From Deltaproteobacteria bacterium (lineage in GTDB: Bacteria; Desulfobacterota; Desulfobulbia; Desulfobulbales; VMSU01), in assembly GCA_024274995.1 (NCBI GenBank), contig JAJSAA010000179.1, forward strand, positions 1 through 48,932: a stretch of 48,932 bases of DNA, given 5' to 3'. The translations under genes were made by a program, and so were the position numbers. The notes beneath the pieces were generated by a model that did not search any database, was not told the DNA's origin, and saw nothing but the letters and a program-made list of their open reading frames with translations. This document shows, piece after piece, positions 19,223 through 29,827 of this stretch; position 1 is the first letter of the stretch; every line of letters starts with the position of its first letter.

Positions 19223-20203
19223 ATGAAATTACCCCCTTTGACTATTGGTCAATATATTGTGCCCGTCCCCCTGCTGCAAGGCGGTATGTCCATCCGAGTA
19301 TCTACCTCTGCCCTGGCCGCGCCGGTTGCCGAATGCGGCGGGCTTGGCACTATTGGTGGTTCAGGTCTGCCTGTCCTGGAGCTGCAAGAGGATATTGCCC
19401 GGGCTAAGAAGGCTACCAAAGGCGTTGTAGCCGTTAATATCATGTTCGCCATGAAGAATTTTTATAATCTTGTCATGGGATCCATTGAGGCTGGAGCCGA
19501 CGTTATTGTAACCGGGGCCGGTTTTTCTCGTGATATATTCAAAATTGGCAAGCAACATAATACCCCAATTATCTCAATTGTCTCCACCCCCGCCTTTGCC
19601 CGTTTGGCCGAGAAACTGGGGGCGGCGGCTATTATTGTTGAGGCCAAGGAGGCTGGTGGCCATCTTGGTACCGACCAGCCCTTAAGAAAACTTTTCCCTG
19701 AAATCAGGAAGGTGGTTAAAAAGGTTCCTCTGATTGCCGCCGGTGGCATTACCAACGGTTTCGAAATGGCAGAGATGATGGATAAATATGGGGCCGACGG
19801 TATTCAAATTGCCACTCGTTTTGTTCTTACCGAGGAGTGTGATGTTGCTGACAGCTTTAAGCAAACTTTTCTAAAGGCGGGCAAGGATGATGTAACCCTG
19901 ATGCGCTCGCCAGTGGGGCTGCCGGGCCGGGCCATTAAAAATAGATTTGTGCAGGATTTAATGGGTGGAAAATCAGTCAGACCGGAATCCTGCGAATTTA
20001 AGTGCCTGAAAAAATGCGATTATCTCTATTGTATCAACGAGCGTCTTAATATGGCGGCCTGCCAGGGAGACGCTGAGAATGGCCTGGTTTTTTCTGGTGA
20101 AAATGTCTATAAACTTAACGAAATATTGACCGTCAAACAGGTTTTTGAGCAGTTTGTCTCGCAGGCGGAATCGGTATACAAAGAAAACAACCCTAAATCA
20201 TGA
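19223..20203 (+). CDS. Nitronate monooxygenase / FabK-like flavoprotein
   Basis: LLQGGM, EAGGHLG, IAAGGI, QIATRF, SPVGLPGRA, C-terminal Cys cluster. Confidence 0.9.
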   Translation: MKLPPLTIGQYIVPVPLLQGGMSIRVSTSALAAPVAECGGLGTIGGSGLPVLELQEDIARAKKATKGVVAVNIMFAMKNFYNLVMGSIEAGADVIVTGAGFSRDIFKIGKQHNTPIISIVSTPAFARLAEKLGAAAIIVEAKEAGGHLGTDQPLRKLFPEIRKVVKKVPLIAAGGITNGFEMAEMMDKYGADGIQIATRFVLTEECDVADSFKQTFLKAGKDDVTLMRSPVGLPGRAIKNRFVQDLMGGKSVRPESCEFKCLKKCDYLYCINERLNMAACQGDAENGLVFSGENVYKLNEILTVKQVFEQFVSQAESVYKENNPKS

Positions 20204-21552
20204 CCACTTCAGAGTCAACGGTAGAAACTACAGACGATAATTTGCCGACCCCGCAAATTATCCCCAAGGGTAAACATCCCATTACCAATAAAGAAATTGA
20301 TGCCGATGCCCTTATGGTCTTAAGGCGTTTACGGCAGGCGGGTTTTACCGCCTATCTCGTTGGAGGCGGGGTGCGGGATATTTTTCTTGGCAAAGCGCCC
20401 AAGGATTTTGATATCAGTACCAGCGCCCGGCCGGCTCAAGTCAGAAAGGTATTTCGTAACAGCCGGATAATCGGCCGTCGTTTTCGTCTGGTGCAGGTTT
20501 TTTTTAATGGTGGTAAAATCATCGAGGTGGCCACCTTTCGCCGCCGCAGTGAATACGAAATTGCCGGCGATGATGTTGTGTTGCCCTCCAATAACTCCTT
20601 TGGCACACCCGTTGAAGATGCCTTTCGGCGGGATTTAACCATTAACGCCCTCTTCTACGAAATTGAGGGCTCCACGGTGATTGATTTTATCGGCGGAGTT
20701 GATGATCTTAATAACCGTGTTGTCCGGCTCATTGGCGATCCTGATCGGCGCATCACCAGGGATCCTGTCCGCATGATGCGGGTAATCAGGCACGCAGCCC
20801 GGGCTGAATTCGAGGTGGAAGCGGAGACCTGGCAGGCAATTCTCCATAATCGGGATAAATTGCTACTCTGTCCGGTCTCCCGCATTCGGGATGAGTTGTT
20901 GAAAGATCTGCGCGGAGGAGCCTGTCAGGCCTGGGCCGAATTGGCCTGTGAATGTGGGATTTTCTACACCATCTTCCCCTTTTACAGTCATGTACTTACC
21001 GAGCACGAAGATGCTGTGGCTAATAAAAAGCGGCTGTTTGCCGTCCTGACTGTTATTGACCGCCTGATTAAAACGGTTCAGAAACTGCCTGACGGTCTGC
21101 TCATCTCTTTACTTCTTGTACCATGGGCCGAGGCGGAATTAGATATTCAAAGCGCCCAGACCCAGAAGGAATCCTACCTTCTCTCCCGTGATATCCGAGA
21201 GAGGCTGGCCGAGATGTTCACTAATCTTAATATAAAGCGGGCCATGCAGGATGATGTGGCTCGCAGTCTGGCAACTTTGCCCTTGCTGCTGAAACACGAT
21301 AACGGCAAAGACTGGCCCAAATGGCTGCAAAAAAAGAGCTATTTCAAAAGCGGCATGCATCTCTTTCAGATTATCAAGGAGGTCAACGGCGGCCCAATCG
21401 CCGCAGATCTCCCTTTTCTTGCCCCGGCCATTGTTGATCCACCTAAAAAGGCGGGTCGGCAGCCGGGCAGGAGAGGGCCGTCGTATGGCGGCCGGGGAAC
21501 GGCTTATGCCATAAATACCAAGGGTGGTGTTTTCGGTTTTCGCCAGAATTAA
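20200..21552 (+). CDS. pcnB: Poly(A) polymerase I
   Basis: VGGGVRD, KDFD, PAP signature IIGRRFRLVQV, RRDLTINAL, DPVRMMR. Confidence 0.93.
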   Translation: MTTSESTVETTDDNLPTPQIIPKGKHPITNKEIDADALMVLRRLRQAGFTAYLVGGGVRDIFLGKAPKDFDISTSARPAQVRKVFRNSRIIGRRFRLVQVFFNGGKIIEVATFRRRSEYEIAGDDVVLPSNNSFGTPVEDAFRRDLTINALFYEIEGSTVIDFIGGVDDLNNRVVRLIGDPDRRITRDPVRMMRVIRHAARAEFEVEAETWQAILHNRDKLLLCPVSRIRDELLKDLRGGACQAWAELACECGIFYTIFPFYSHVLTEHEDAVANKKRLFAVLTVIDRLIKTVQKLPDGLLISLLLVPWAEAELDIQSAQTQKESYLLSRDIRERLAEMFTNLNIKRAMQDDVARSLATLPLLLKHDNGKDWPKWLQKKSYFKSGMHLFQIIKEVNGGPIAADLPFLAPAIVDPPKKAGRQPGRRGPSYGGRGTAYAINTKGGVFGFRQN

Positions 21553-21565
21553 TCGAGGAGTGACT

Positions 21566-22501
21566 ATGAACCCAAAGCTCGAAAATTTTGCAGGAAAGAC
21601 CTGCCATGAGCTCATGGCCCAGGCCTTGGAGGCCAAACTGAATGGCCAGCGGGGGCTTGATTTTTCACTATGCAGTATTATAAATGCTAAATCAGGCAAT
21701 TGTAGTGAAGACTGCCGCTTCTGTGTTCAATCCGCCCATTACCATACCGATGCTCCAGTCTACGGCCTTAAGGAACGTGATGAAATTCTGCGGGCCGCCA
21801 GCCAGGCCAAGGAAAATCAGGCCAGCCATTTTTCCTTAGTCACCAGCGGTCGTGGTCTCGGGGCAAAAGATTTAAAACGGGCCGCCGAGGCAATTACGGC
21901 CATTCGGGAGCAGATTGGTATTAAGGTCTGTGCCTCTTTCGGGATATTAGGGCTTCAGGATTTTAAGATGTTGAAGGAGGCGGGGCTGAGCCGATATCAT
22001 CATAACTTAGAGACTTCGAGAGAATTTTTCCCGAATATTGTCAGTACCCACAGTTTTCAGGAACGTATCGCCACCATTGATGCCGCCCACGAGGCCGGGC
22101 TTGAGGTCTGTGCCGGCGGTATCTTCGGCCTGGGCGAGACAGAAGATGACCGTATATCAATGGCTCTTGCGCTGCGGGATTGCGGGGCAGATTCAGTTCC
22201 CATCAACATCCTCATTCCTCTGCCCGGCACCCCCCTGGCCCACCAGCCGCCGCTATCGGCGATTGACGCCCTGCGTGGTATCGCCATCTACCGTATTCTC
22301 ATGCCGAATATCCCAATCCGCCTGGCCGCCGGTCGGGAAACTGCTTTAAAGGATTTTCTTGGTTCCGCCTTCATGGCCGGGGCCGACGGTATGATGATTG
22401 GCGGCTATCTCACAGAACATGGCCGGATGCCGAAGGATGATCTTAATTTCGCCGCTGAGATGCGGCAGATGTGGCAGGAGATGATCCCCGCCTCCGCCTG
22501 A
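21566..22501 (+). CDS. bioB: Biotin synthase
   Basis: INAKSGNCSEDCRFCVQS radical SAM motif, YHHNLET, VPIN, RLAAGRE; GAGGAG SD before 21566. Confidence 0.95.
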   Translation: MNPKLENFAGKTCHELMAQALEAKLNGQRGLDFSLCSIINAKSGNCSEDCRFCVQSAHYHTDAPVYGLKERDEILRAASQAKENQASHFSLVTSGRGLGAKDLKRAAEAITAIREQIGIKVCASFGILGLQDFKMLKEAGLSRYHHNLETSREFFPNIVSTHSFQERIATIDAAHEAGLEVCAGGIFGLGETEDDRISMALALRDCGADSVPINILIPLPGTPLAHQPPLSAIDALRGIAIYRILMPNIPIRLAAGRETALKDFLGSAFMAGADGMMIGGYLTEHGRMPKDDLNFAAEMRQMWQEMIPASA

Positions 22502-22505
22502 GTGT

Positions 22506-24410
22506 TTATTTTTTTTCCTCCTGGGCCGCCCCGTAAAGTCGTAGTTCGCTGATCTCCAGGGCAGTTGAGCCTGAGGCTATAGTACCGGTAAAACGTACAT
22601 AGCGGGCCAGGCGGGGAGCGAAGGAGAGGCCGCGCACCCCGGCAGTCAGGTGCTGGATGTTGGTTTCGGCGGCCGCCTCTTGCCAGGTGCTGCCATTGAG
22701 GCTGGTTTCTATAGTATAGGCCGCTGGGAATCCAGCTCCAATCTCCTTCCGGCGGTCAAGCCGGGGGCAGACCTCGGCCCTTTTGAGCCAATACACTTTT
22801 CCTAAATCAATGATAAACCAGGGCTGGCGGTCATTGTCACCGGCTCGCCAATAAGACAATCGGTGGTCATCAATGAGATTGGCAGCGGGATGACCGCTGA
22901 CTCTTGAGGACGCCTTGACCTTGACCTGCTTGCCTGAGCTTAAGTTTACGCCTTCCCCACTAACCAAGAGAGGCGGCCCCGTCAGGTTCTGCCGCTTCGT
23001 ACTGTAAACCATTACCCCCCGAGCCGGAATACTGGCCTTCAACGCTCCGCCAACGGGGAATAAAACCCAATGGCGGGGAATTATTCCCTTACCCGGCCGC
23101 CAGCTGTTTAAGGCCTGTGGATTGTAGAGATATGAATAAAGGCCGGTTCCGGCCCAGCCCCTGACCTTAAGCCTAAAATCAAGCCTTTTACTGCTGCTGT
23201 TTACCAGCAGAATATTTAACTCATGAGCCCGGCCGGTGGCGGCAGCGTGTAATTGCGGGTTGTTTTCGGTTTTATATACCTGCCTTGCCGGCCGCCCCCC
23301 GAGTAGACGGCCCAGCATGGTATAGACATACCAGGCCGGCCGTACCGCCCGGCTTGTCGGCAGCCAGGGAAATAACCCCCATTTATGCAGACCATCGGTA
23401 AAGTCATCCTTATTGGAAAAATATTGCAGGGGATAAGGATAGTATTGATCATTAAACATCCATAAAAATGTGGCTTGAGCCCCGGCATTCAAAAAGGCGG
23501 CATTGGCCTGGGCGATAAGATTGCCGTAGAGCGCTTTTCGACGCAGCTTAAGGTCTGGCGCCCCATATTCATCAAGCCAAAATGGTTTACCGGTGGCAGT
23601 GGTCTCTGTCTTAATTTCACGGGCCAGCTCTAACCATTCCTTGTAATTACGGGGGCGGTAACTATGAGCGCTATAGATATCAATAACCTTATTTAGCTCA
23701 ACTGCCGCCCTTTTCAACCACCCCCGGCCACGAGAAGTATCGGGGCCGACAATTTTTATCAGGCGGCGGCGGCCGTCGGCCCGCAGTCGTTTGTCTACTG
23801 CTTTTAAGACCTTGACATAATAGGGCCATTGGCGCCAGTTGCCGGGTAGGCTGCCCATTTTGGTACCTGGTTCCGTGAACATGAAGATATATTTTACATT
23901 GGTAAATCCACGAGTTTCAATGATCTGCCCCAGGGATTCACTAACCCAGGCCGCGTAATGATTAATGTCCTCCGGATAGACGGGAAGATGTTGGTCGTGC
24001 CGCCAGATCACGTCACGGCTGAACCACCAGCCCATATTAAGGCCCACCTTAATGTGGCGTTGTCGCATAGCCGCCAGCCACTTATAAAGGGCCTTCATCC
24101 GCCTCGACTGCCAATCGGGTCTTGACCAGTAGCCGTGTCCCATGGCCCAATCAGGACGGTAAAAGGTGCGGGCTATCTGGAGCCCGGAACGGCTGACCCG
24201 TTGGAACTCCACGGCCCGCAGTCTATCATCCATCCCCTCCTCCTGCGCTTCCGGCATATAGCAAAAGGCATTATATACCGCATTAAATCCCTTAAAATCA
24301 GGCTGGATAATCTGACGGCGGTCCACGGTAATTGTTATCCTGGCCGCAGCGCTTAGAGGCTGCCATAAAAGCAGCAAAATTATGAATAAAATTTTGAATT
24401 CGTTTTTCAT
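22506..24410 (-). CDS. Secreted glycoside hydrolase (clan GH-A-like) with C-terminal F5/8 type C (discoidin) domain
   Basis: Signal peptide; FTEP and WLDEYG candidate catalytic Glu; ASS...NLIDD...W...IDLG...ARYVRF...EISELRLYG. Confidence 0.75.
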   Translation of the reverse strand: MKNEFKILFIILLLLWQPLSAAARITITVDRRQIIQPDFKGFNAVYNAFCYMPEAQEEGMDDRLRAVEFQRVSRSGLQIARTFYRPDWAMGHGYWSRPDWQSRRMKALYKWLAAMRQRHIKVGLNMGWWFSRDVIWRHDQHLPVYPEDINHYAAWVSESLGQIIETRGFTNVKYIFMFTEPGTKMGSLPGNWRQWPYYVKVLKAVDKRLRADGRRRLIKIVGPDTSRGRGWLKRAAVELNKVIDIYSAHSYRPRNYKEWLELAREIKTETTATGKPFWLDEYGAPDLKLRRKALYGNLIAQANAAFLNAGAQATFLWMFNDQYYPYPLQYFSNKDDFTDGLHKWGLFPWLPTSRAVRPAWYVYTMLGRLLGGRPARQVYKTENNPQLHAAATGRAHELNILLVNSSSKRLDFRLKVRGWAGTGLYSYLYNPQALNSWRPGKGIIPRHWVLFPVGGALKASIPARGVMVYSTKRQNLTGPPLLVSGEGVNLSSGKQVKVKASSRVSGHPAANLIDDHRLSYWRAGDNDRQPWFIIDLGKVYWLKRAEVCPRLDRRKEIGAGFPAAYTIETSLNGSTWQEAAAETNIQHLTAGVRGLSFAPRLARYVRFTGTIASGSTALEISELRLYGAAQEEKK

Positions 24411-24496
24411 TTATTTGTCTTGCTAAAATCTGACTAAAATAGTACGTTAAAAAATTCTCAAATTTAATATTACTACTGTTATAAGAGGAGTTTGTT

Positions 24497-24703
24497 ATGT
24501 CTAAAATGTGTGAAATATGTGGTAAAAAGCCGGTGTCCGGCAATAATGTTAGCCACGCCCACAACAAGACCCGTCGCCGCTGGCTGCCTAATCTGAAGAC
24601 GGTGAGAGTCGCCGATGCTGGTGGCAATGCCAAGCGAATTAGCGTCTGCACCCGTTGTATCCGTTCCGGAGCCGTCATTAAACCGGCGGTAAAATTGAAA
24701 TAA
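24497..24703 (+). CDS. rpmB: 50S ribosomal protein L28
   Basis: [10 protein letters not shown]...[19 protein letters not shown]; AGGAG SD. Confidence 0.98.
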   Translation: MSKMCEICGKKPVSGNNVSHAHNKTRRRWLPNLKTVRVADAGGNAKRISVCTRCIRSGAVIKPAVKLK

Positions 24704-24716
24704 CACCCGTTAGTGC

Positions 24717-24752
24717 AATAAGCGTTGTCTCTTGAGGGAGGGAACGCTTATT
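24717..24752. terminator. Probable bidirectional terminator between convergent rpmB and rel
   Basis: 10-bp arms AATAAGCGTT / AACGCTTATT. Confidence 0.55.
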
Positions 24753-26934
24753 ATCCCCTCTCGGCCTCCAGCACGTTTTCCATCTGTCTTATCTGTTGCA
24801 GAATAGCATTTAATTGGCGCCGCCCGGAGACATTCACCACTATACCGACATAAGCCTGGCCAGATTTTTTTGAGGTATGGGCTTCCACATCCATAATTTC
24901 CGCCCCATCACTGTTATTTATCACGTTACAGAGACTGACCAGCAGCCACTTACTGTTATGGGCCATCACCTGAATTCTGGTCCTAAGTGCCTGGTGTGAA
25001 TCAGCGGCCCATTCCACCGCCACGTGACGCTGGGGGTCGGTGGCCAAAAAATTTCGACAGCCCGCCTTATGTACCGACACCCCGCGTCCAGAAGTAATAA
25101 AACCGACGATCTCATCGCCCGGCATGGGCATGCAGCAATTACTTATCTTGATCATCATATTATCAATGCCGTCAATCTTTACCAGGCTGCCGCCGCCATC
25201 TTGTCGGCTCTTGGCCTTTTTTCTCGCCCCCACGGGCAGACATCCCGTCGTTAAATCGGCAATGTCAGTCTTGTCGGCCTTTAATTCCGGTGGTTCAAAG
25301 GTTTCGGTTAATTGGGCCACGGTAATTTCCCCGCTCCCCACCCGGCGCAGTAAGTCATCAAGATGATGACTGTTGAATTTTTTGAGTAAATTCTGGAGAT
25401 GGCCGGTTTTTATCAGGCGTTTGATACTTAGATTATGGCGGCGTAATTCTCGTTCACAGATGTCACGGCCGTCTTCGAGAAAACGGTTTTTCTCCTCCTG
25501 CTTCAGCCAGTGACGAATGCGGCTGCGAGCTCGGCTGGTCTTGGCCAGGGCCAGCCAGCCCTGATTAGGGTGCTGGCGGGGTGCGGTTATAATCTCAATA
25601 ACATCGCCATTCTGGATGCTGTATTTCAGGGGTACGATACGGCCGTCAATCTTGGCTCCCACGCAATGGTGACCCACATCGGTATGAATAATGTAGGCAA
25701 AATCAAGGGGACTGCTACCCGTGGGCAGTTCCTTAACGTCACCGTTGGGGGTCAGGGCGTAGACCGTTGAGTAATCCAGTTCATCGCGTACCGTATCCAG
25801 GAACTCACGGGCATCATCCACCTCTTGTAGGCTTTGCACCAATTGCTTCAGCCATTGAAACATGTGGGCGTCTTTCTGGGAGATAGCCGCTCCTTCTTTA
25901 TAGGCCCAGTGAGCAGCGATACCGTCGTTGGCTATTTCATCCATCTTTTCCGTTCGGATCTGCACTTCCATAAAGTCGCCATGCGGGCCGATTACCGAAG
26001 TATGGAGGGACTGATAGAGGTTGGCCTTGGGTGAGCTGATAAAATCCTTAAAGCGGCTGGCAACCGGCTGCCACAGAGAATGAACAATACCCATGACCTC
26101 ATAACACTCACCAACCTCTTGGACAATGACCCGGAAGGCAACCTTGTCGTAGACCTTGTCGATGGAGATATTCTGTGCCACCAGTTTGCGATAAATACTG
26201 TAAAGATGTTTGGGCCGCCCTAATACCCTGAAATTTTTAATACCCTGGGCCGAAATTTTATTAGTGAGAATTGATTTTATCTCCTCAACAAATTTCTCCC
26301 GCTCTGGTATAGACATCCGTATTTTTTCATTTAATTCGGCATATTGCTCAGGGTATAGATAACGAAAGGCCGCATCCTCTAATTCTCTCTTTACCAGGTC
26401 AAGCCCGAGGCGGCTGGCCAGGGGGGCGTATAGATCCATGCTGTCATGGGCCAGTTCCTGCTGGCGGGCGGCAGGAACGTATTCTAAGGTCTGTATATCG
26501 TGAAGATGATCAGCCAGCTTCACCAGCAATACTCGAATATCAGCTGAGATGGCAAGAAGCATCTTCTTGACATTCTCCGCCTTATAATCCAGCCGACTTT
26601 TAAATTGGATATCGTCAATCTTGGTGGCTCCGTGGACTATCGAGGCCACCTCCGAGCCGAATAGATCTCGTAGCTCGGCCTCAGAGGAACGAGGCGGGGT
26701 GCCGCGCAGAGCCTTGTGCAACAGACCGGAGATTATGGTCGGCGCATCAAGACGCAGAGAAACCAAGATATGGGCTACGGCGAGGGGATGGGTTATGTAA
26801 GGCTTTCCGGACAGTCGATCCGGGTTGTCGGCATAGGTCTTAACGGCATAGTCATAGGCCTTTTTTATCAGCCGGATATTCTCTTCCGGCATATAGAGTC
26901 TGGCCTGGGTTAATATATTATTTATAATGGGCAT
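24751..26934 (-). CDS. Long RelA/SpoT homologue, (p)ppGpp synthetase with degenerate hydrolase domain
   Basis: GRPKHLYSIYRK, RFKD, YQSLHT, EVQIRT, TGS, CC and ACT regions; HD motif reads LLHKAL. Confidence 0.93.
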   Translation of the reverse strand: MPIINNILTQARLYMPEENIRLIKKAYDYAVKTYADNPDRLSGKPYITHPLAVAHILVSLRLDAPTIISGLLHKALRGTPPRSSEAELRDLFGSEVASIVHGATKIDDIQFKSRLDYKAENVKKMLLAISADIRVLLVKLADHLHDIQTLEYVPAARQQELAHDSMDLYAPLASRLGLDLVKRELEDAAFRYLYPEQYAELNEKIRMSIPEREKFVEEIKSILTNKISAQGIKNFRVLGRPKHLYSIYRKLVAQNISIDKVYDKVAFRVIVQEVGECYEVMGIVHSLWQPVASRFKDFISSPKANLYQSLHTSVIGPHGDFMEVQIRTEKMDEIANDGIAAHWAYKEGAAISQKDAHMFQWLKQLVQSLQEVDDAREFLDTVRDELDYSTVYALTPNGDVKELPTGSSPLDFAYIIHTDVGHHCVGAKIDGRIVPLKYSIQNGDVIEIITAPRQHPNQGWLALAKTSRARSRIRHWLKQEEKNRFLEDGRDICERELRRHNLSIKRLIKTGHLQNLLKKFNSHHLDDLLRRVGSGEITVAQLTETFEPPELKADKTDIADLTTGCLPVGARKKAKSRQDGGGSLVKIDGIDNMMIKISNCCMPMPGDEIVGFITSGRGVSVHKAGCRNFLATDPQRHVAVEWAADSHQALRTRIQVMAHNSKWLLVSLCNVINNSDGAEIMDVEAHTSKKSGQAYVGIVVNVSGRRQLNAILQQIRQMENVLEAERG

Positions 26935-26952
26935 GATGTTACCGGTGTTGAT

Positions 26953-28653
26953 TCAGGGCCGCAGAAGTTTCATGAGCTGGGCAAAAGCCTCGTTATGGGG
27001 AACATCCAGCGTTTTGGAAGTCTGCCGTTGCCTGACCTCCACGATATTCTCTTTAGTGAAACGTTTGCCTATAGTCAGCCGCAAGGGAATGCCCAGCAGA
27101 TCGGCATCTTTGAACTTGCTGCCCGGCCGTTCGTCCCGATCATCTATTAGGACATCAATTCCCTCACGACGCAGGGCCTGATAAATATCCTCTGCTGCTT
27201 GGCTGATCGCCTCATTTTTAGGGGACAAATTTAAAATAATCACCGCCGCCGGGGCAATAGGCAGGGGCCAGATTATGCCGTCCTTATCATGATTCTGCTC
27301 AATGGCCGCCGCTGCCACCCGGCTGACCCCAATGCCATAACATCCCATGACAAAAGGCGTTTCCCGGCCTTCCTCGTTGAGGAATACAGCATGCAGAGCT
27401 TTGCTGTAGGCTGTGCCTAATTTAAAGATATGGCCCACTTCGATACCGCGGGTAAGCTGTAGTGCTGCCCCGCACTGCGGACAGCGGTCATTTTCAGTAA
27501 TTACCCGCAAATCAGCGGTTCTTTCAATCTCAAAGTCCCGACCATGACAGGCATTGATAAAATGATGATTTTTCTCATTGGCGCCAATGACGAAATTACT
27601 TAGGCTCATAACCTCGCGGTCAGCTATTAGTGGTAGCTTGATGCCCACCGGGCCAATATAGCCGCTGGGTACGCCCACGGCGTCAAAACATTCCTGATCA
27701 GAGGCCAGCTCCACCTCGTCGGCTCCTATGAAGTTTTTTAATTTGACTGGCTGGATTTCATGATCGCCGCGCAGGAGGACGGCTACTGGTTGGCCATCGG
27801 CCATGAAGATCATGGTTTTGACTAATTGCTGCGGTGAAATACGCAAAAATTCCGTAACCGCCGCCACCTTACGTTTACCGGGGGTGGTTACCTTTTCCAT
27901 GGCCAGCCGCTCCAGTTCCTCAGGGACTGGCGGCGGCATGCAGGTGGCCTTCTCCATATTGGCGGCGTAAGAGCATTTGGGACAGATCACCAGGGTATCT
28001 TCGCCGGTGGCCGCCAGAACCATAAACTCGTGGGAAAAACTGCCGCCAATGGTGCCGGTATCGGCCTCCACAGCCCGAAATTTAAGGCCGCAGCGCTCAA
28101 AAATACGATGATATGCATAACGCATCTTCTCGTAGGCCGCCAAAGCCGCTTCATCGTCAACATCAAAGCTGTAGGCATCTTTCATGATAAATTCCCGCCC
28201 CCGCATCAGTCCGAAACGGGGCCGGATTTCATCTCGGAACTTGGTCTGAATCTGATAAAGATTCAGGGGCAGGGAGCGATATGAATGGACGTTATTACGT
28301 ACCAGGTCGGTAATAACCTCTTCGTGGGTGGGGCCGAGACATGATTCCCGTCCATGACGATCCCGAAAGCGCAAAAGCTCCGGCCCGTATTTTTTCAGCC
28401 GTCCGGACTCCTTCCAGAGATCAGCGGGCTGCACCATGGGCAGCAACACCTCCTGGGCTCCGGCGGCGTTCATCTCCTGGCGGACAATATGTTCAATCTT
28501 TCTTAAAACTGCCAGCCCCAGGGGCAGATATGAATAAATACCGCTGCTTAATTTTCTGATAAAACCGGCCCGCAGCATCAATTTATGGCTCATCACCTCG
28601 GCCTCGGCCGGGTTTTCCCGCAGGGTGGGAATGAGCATTTCACTAAAGCGCAT
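26953..28653 (-). CDS. proS: Proline--tRNA ligase
   Basis: LGPTHEE, FRDEIRPRFGLMRGREF, INS editing domain, GIEVGHIF, MGCYGIG. Confidence 0.99.
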   Translation of the reverse strand: MRFSEMLIPTLRENPAEAEVMSHKLMLRAGFIRKLSSGIYSYLPLGLAVLRKIEHIVRQEMNAAGAQEVLLPMVQPADLWKESGRLKKYGPELLRFRDRHGRESCLGPTHEEVITDLVRNNVHSYRSLPLNLYQIQTKFRDEIRPRFGLMRGREFIMKDAYSFDVDDEAALAAYEKMRYAYHRIFERCGLKFRAVEADTGTIGGSFSHEFMVLAATGEDTLVICPKCSYAANMEKATCMPPPVPEELERLAMEKVTTPGKRKVAAVTEFLRISPQQLVKTMIFMADGQPVAVLLRGDHEIQPVKLKNFIGADEVELASDQECFDAVGVPSGYIGPVGIKLPLIADREVMSLSNFVIGANEKNHHFINACHGRDFEIERTADLRVITENDRCPQCGAALQLTRGIEVGHIFKLGTAYSKALHAVFLNEEGRETPFVMGCYGIGVSRVAAAAIEQNHDKDGIIWPLPIAPAAVIILNLSPKNEAISQAAEDIYQALRREGIDVLIDDRDERPGSKFKDADLLGIPLRLTIGKRFTKENIVEVRQRQTSKTLDVPHNEAFAQLMKLLRP

Positions 28654-28756
28654 AATTTTTTCCTTTTATTTTTGTCTTTGGTAACTATTCAGCAGTGTAA
28701 CCGGGCGCCCCGGTATTTGTTTTAAAAGCAACAAATTCAACTTGTTGCACGTTTTG

Positions 28757-29827
28757 TTACTTGGAATTAGTTACTTCCATTTTTTTTAATTCTTTCACAA
28801 AAGCCGCGAATAATTTATCCTCCGGCACCTTCTTGAACAATTTACCCTTTTTGAAGATAATCCCAACACCACTACCGCCAGCCAGGCCCAGATCTGCCTC
28901 CTTGGCCTCACCCGGGCCGTTGACCACACAACCCATAACTGCGATCTTTAAATTAGTTTTAACCGTCTGGATATAGTCCTCCACCTGCTCTGCCAGAGAA
29001 AATAGATCAATCTGGCAGCGGCCGCAGGTTGGGCAGGAGATCAGCTCCGGCCCCCGTTCCCGAATATGCAGAGCCCGCAGCAGTTCAAAGGCCACCCGTA
29101 TTTCCTCTACGGGATCACGAGTCAGGGAAATACGAAAGGTAGCGCCGATGCCCTCGGCCAGCAGAAGACCCAGGGCAAAACTCGATTTAACCGTACCGGC
29201 GATAAGCCCCCCGGCCTCGGTAACACCGAGATGCAAAGGATAATCACAACTGGCTGCGAGTGCCCGATAAGCCGCCACCGTCAACATGGCATCAGATGAT
29301 TTAACTGAAATCTTGAGGTTGGTAAAATTCTGTTTCTCAAGCAGGGCGACATTCCTTAAGGCGCTTTCTACCAGGGCTTCCGGGGAGGGGCCGCCGTGAC
29401 GGTGGAGAATATCCCGTTCTAAGGAGCCGGAATTTACCCCTACCCGAATAGCCGCCCCATGTTTTTTAGCCGCCTCCACCACCTTGGCCAGTTTTTCGGC
29501 CCCGCCCAGATTACCGGGATTGATCCTTACGGCATGGGCGCCATTTTCCATACTAACTATTGCCAGCCGCCAGTCAAAATGAATATCAGCAATAAGGGGA
29601 ATATTGATTAGCGCCTTGATTCGGGCAATGGCCAGCGCCGCCTCCACGTCCAGCACCGCCACTCGGATAATCTCGCAACCGGCCTCGGTCAAGCGTTTTA
29701 TCTGGTTGACGGTGGCCTCAATATCTCTGGTATCGGTGTTGGTCATGGACTGCACCACGATTGGCGCTCCAGCACCGATGGCTACCCCCCCCACCTCTAT
29801 CTGTCTCGTTTGTTTTCTGATAATCAT
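28757..29827 (-). CDS. ispG: 4-hydroxy-3-methylbut-2-en-1-yl diphosphate synthase
   Basis: VQSMTNT, ADIHF, RINPGN, HLGVTEAG, CPTCGR, GCVVNGPGE. Confidence 0.99.
   Translation of the reverse strand: MIIRKQTRQIEVGGVAIGAGAPIVVQSMTNTDTRDIEATVNQIKRLTEAGCEIIRVAVLDVEAALAIARIKALINIPLIADIHFDWRLAIVSMENGAHAVRINPGNLGGAEKLAKVVEAAKKHGAAIRVGVNSGSLERDILHRHGGPSPEALVESALRNVALLEKQNFTNLKISVKSSDAMLTVAAYRALAASCDYPLHLGVTEAGGLIAGTVKSSFALGLLLAEGIGATFRISLTRDPVEEIRVAFELLRALHIRERGPELISCPTCGRCQIDLFSLAEQVEDYIQTVKTNLKIAVMGCVVNGPGEAKEADLGLAGGSGVGIIFKKGKLFKKVPEDKLFAAFVKELKKMEVTNSK

Noticed and set aside
21139-21699. 186-aa minus-strand ORF
   Set aside because: Antisense shadow of pcnB/bioB with no motifs.
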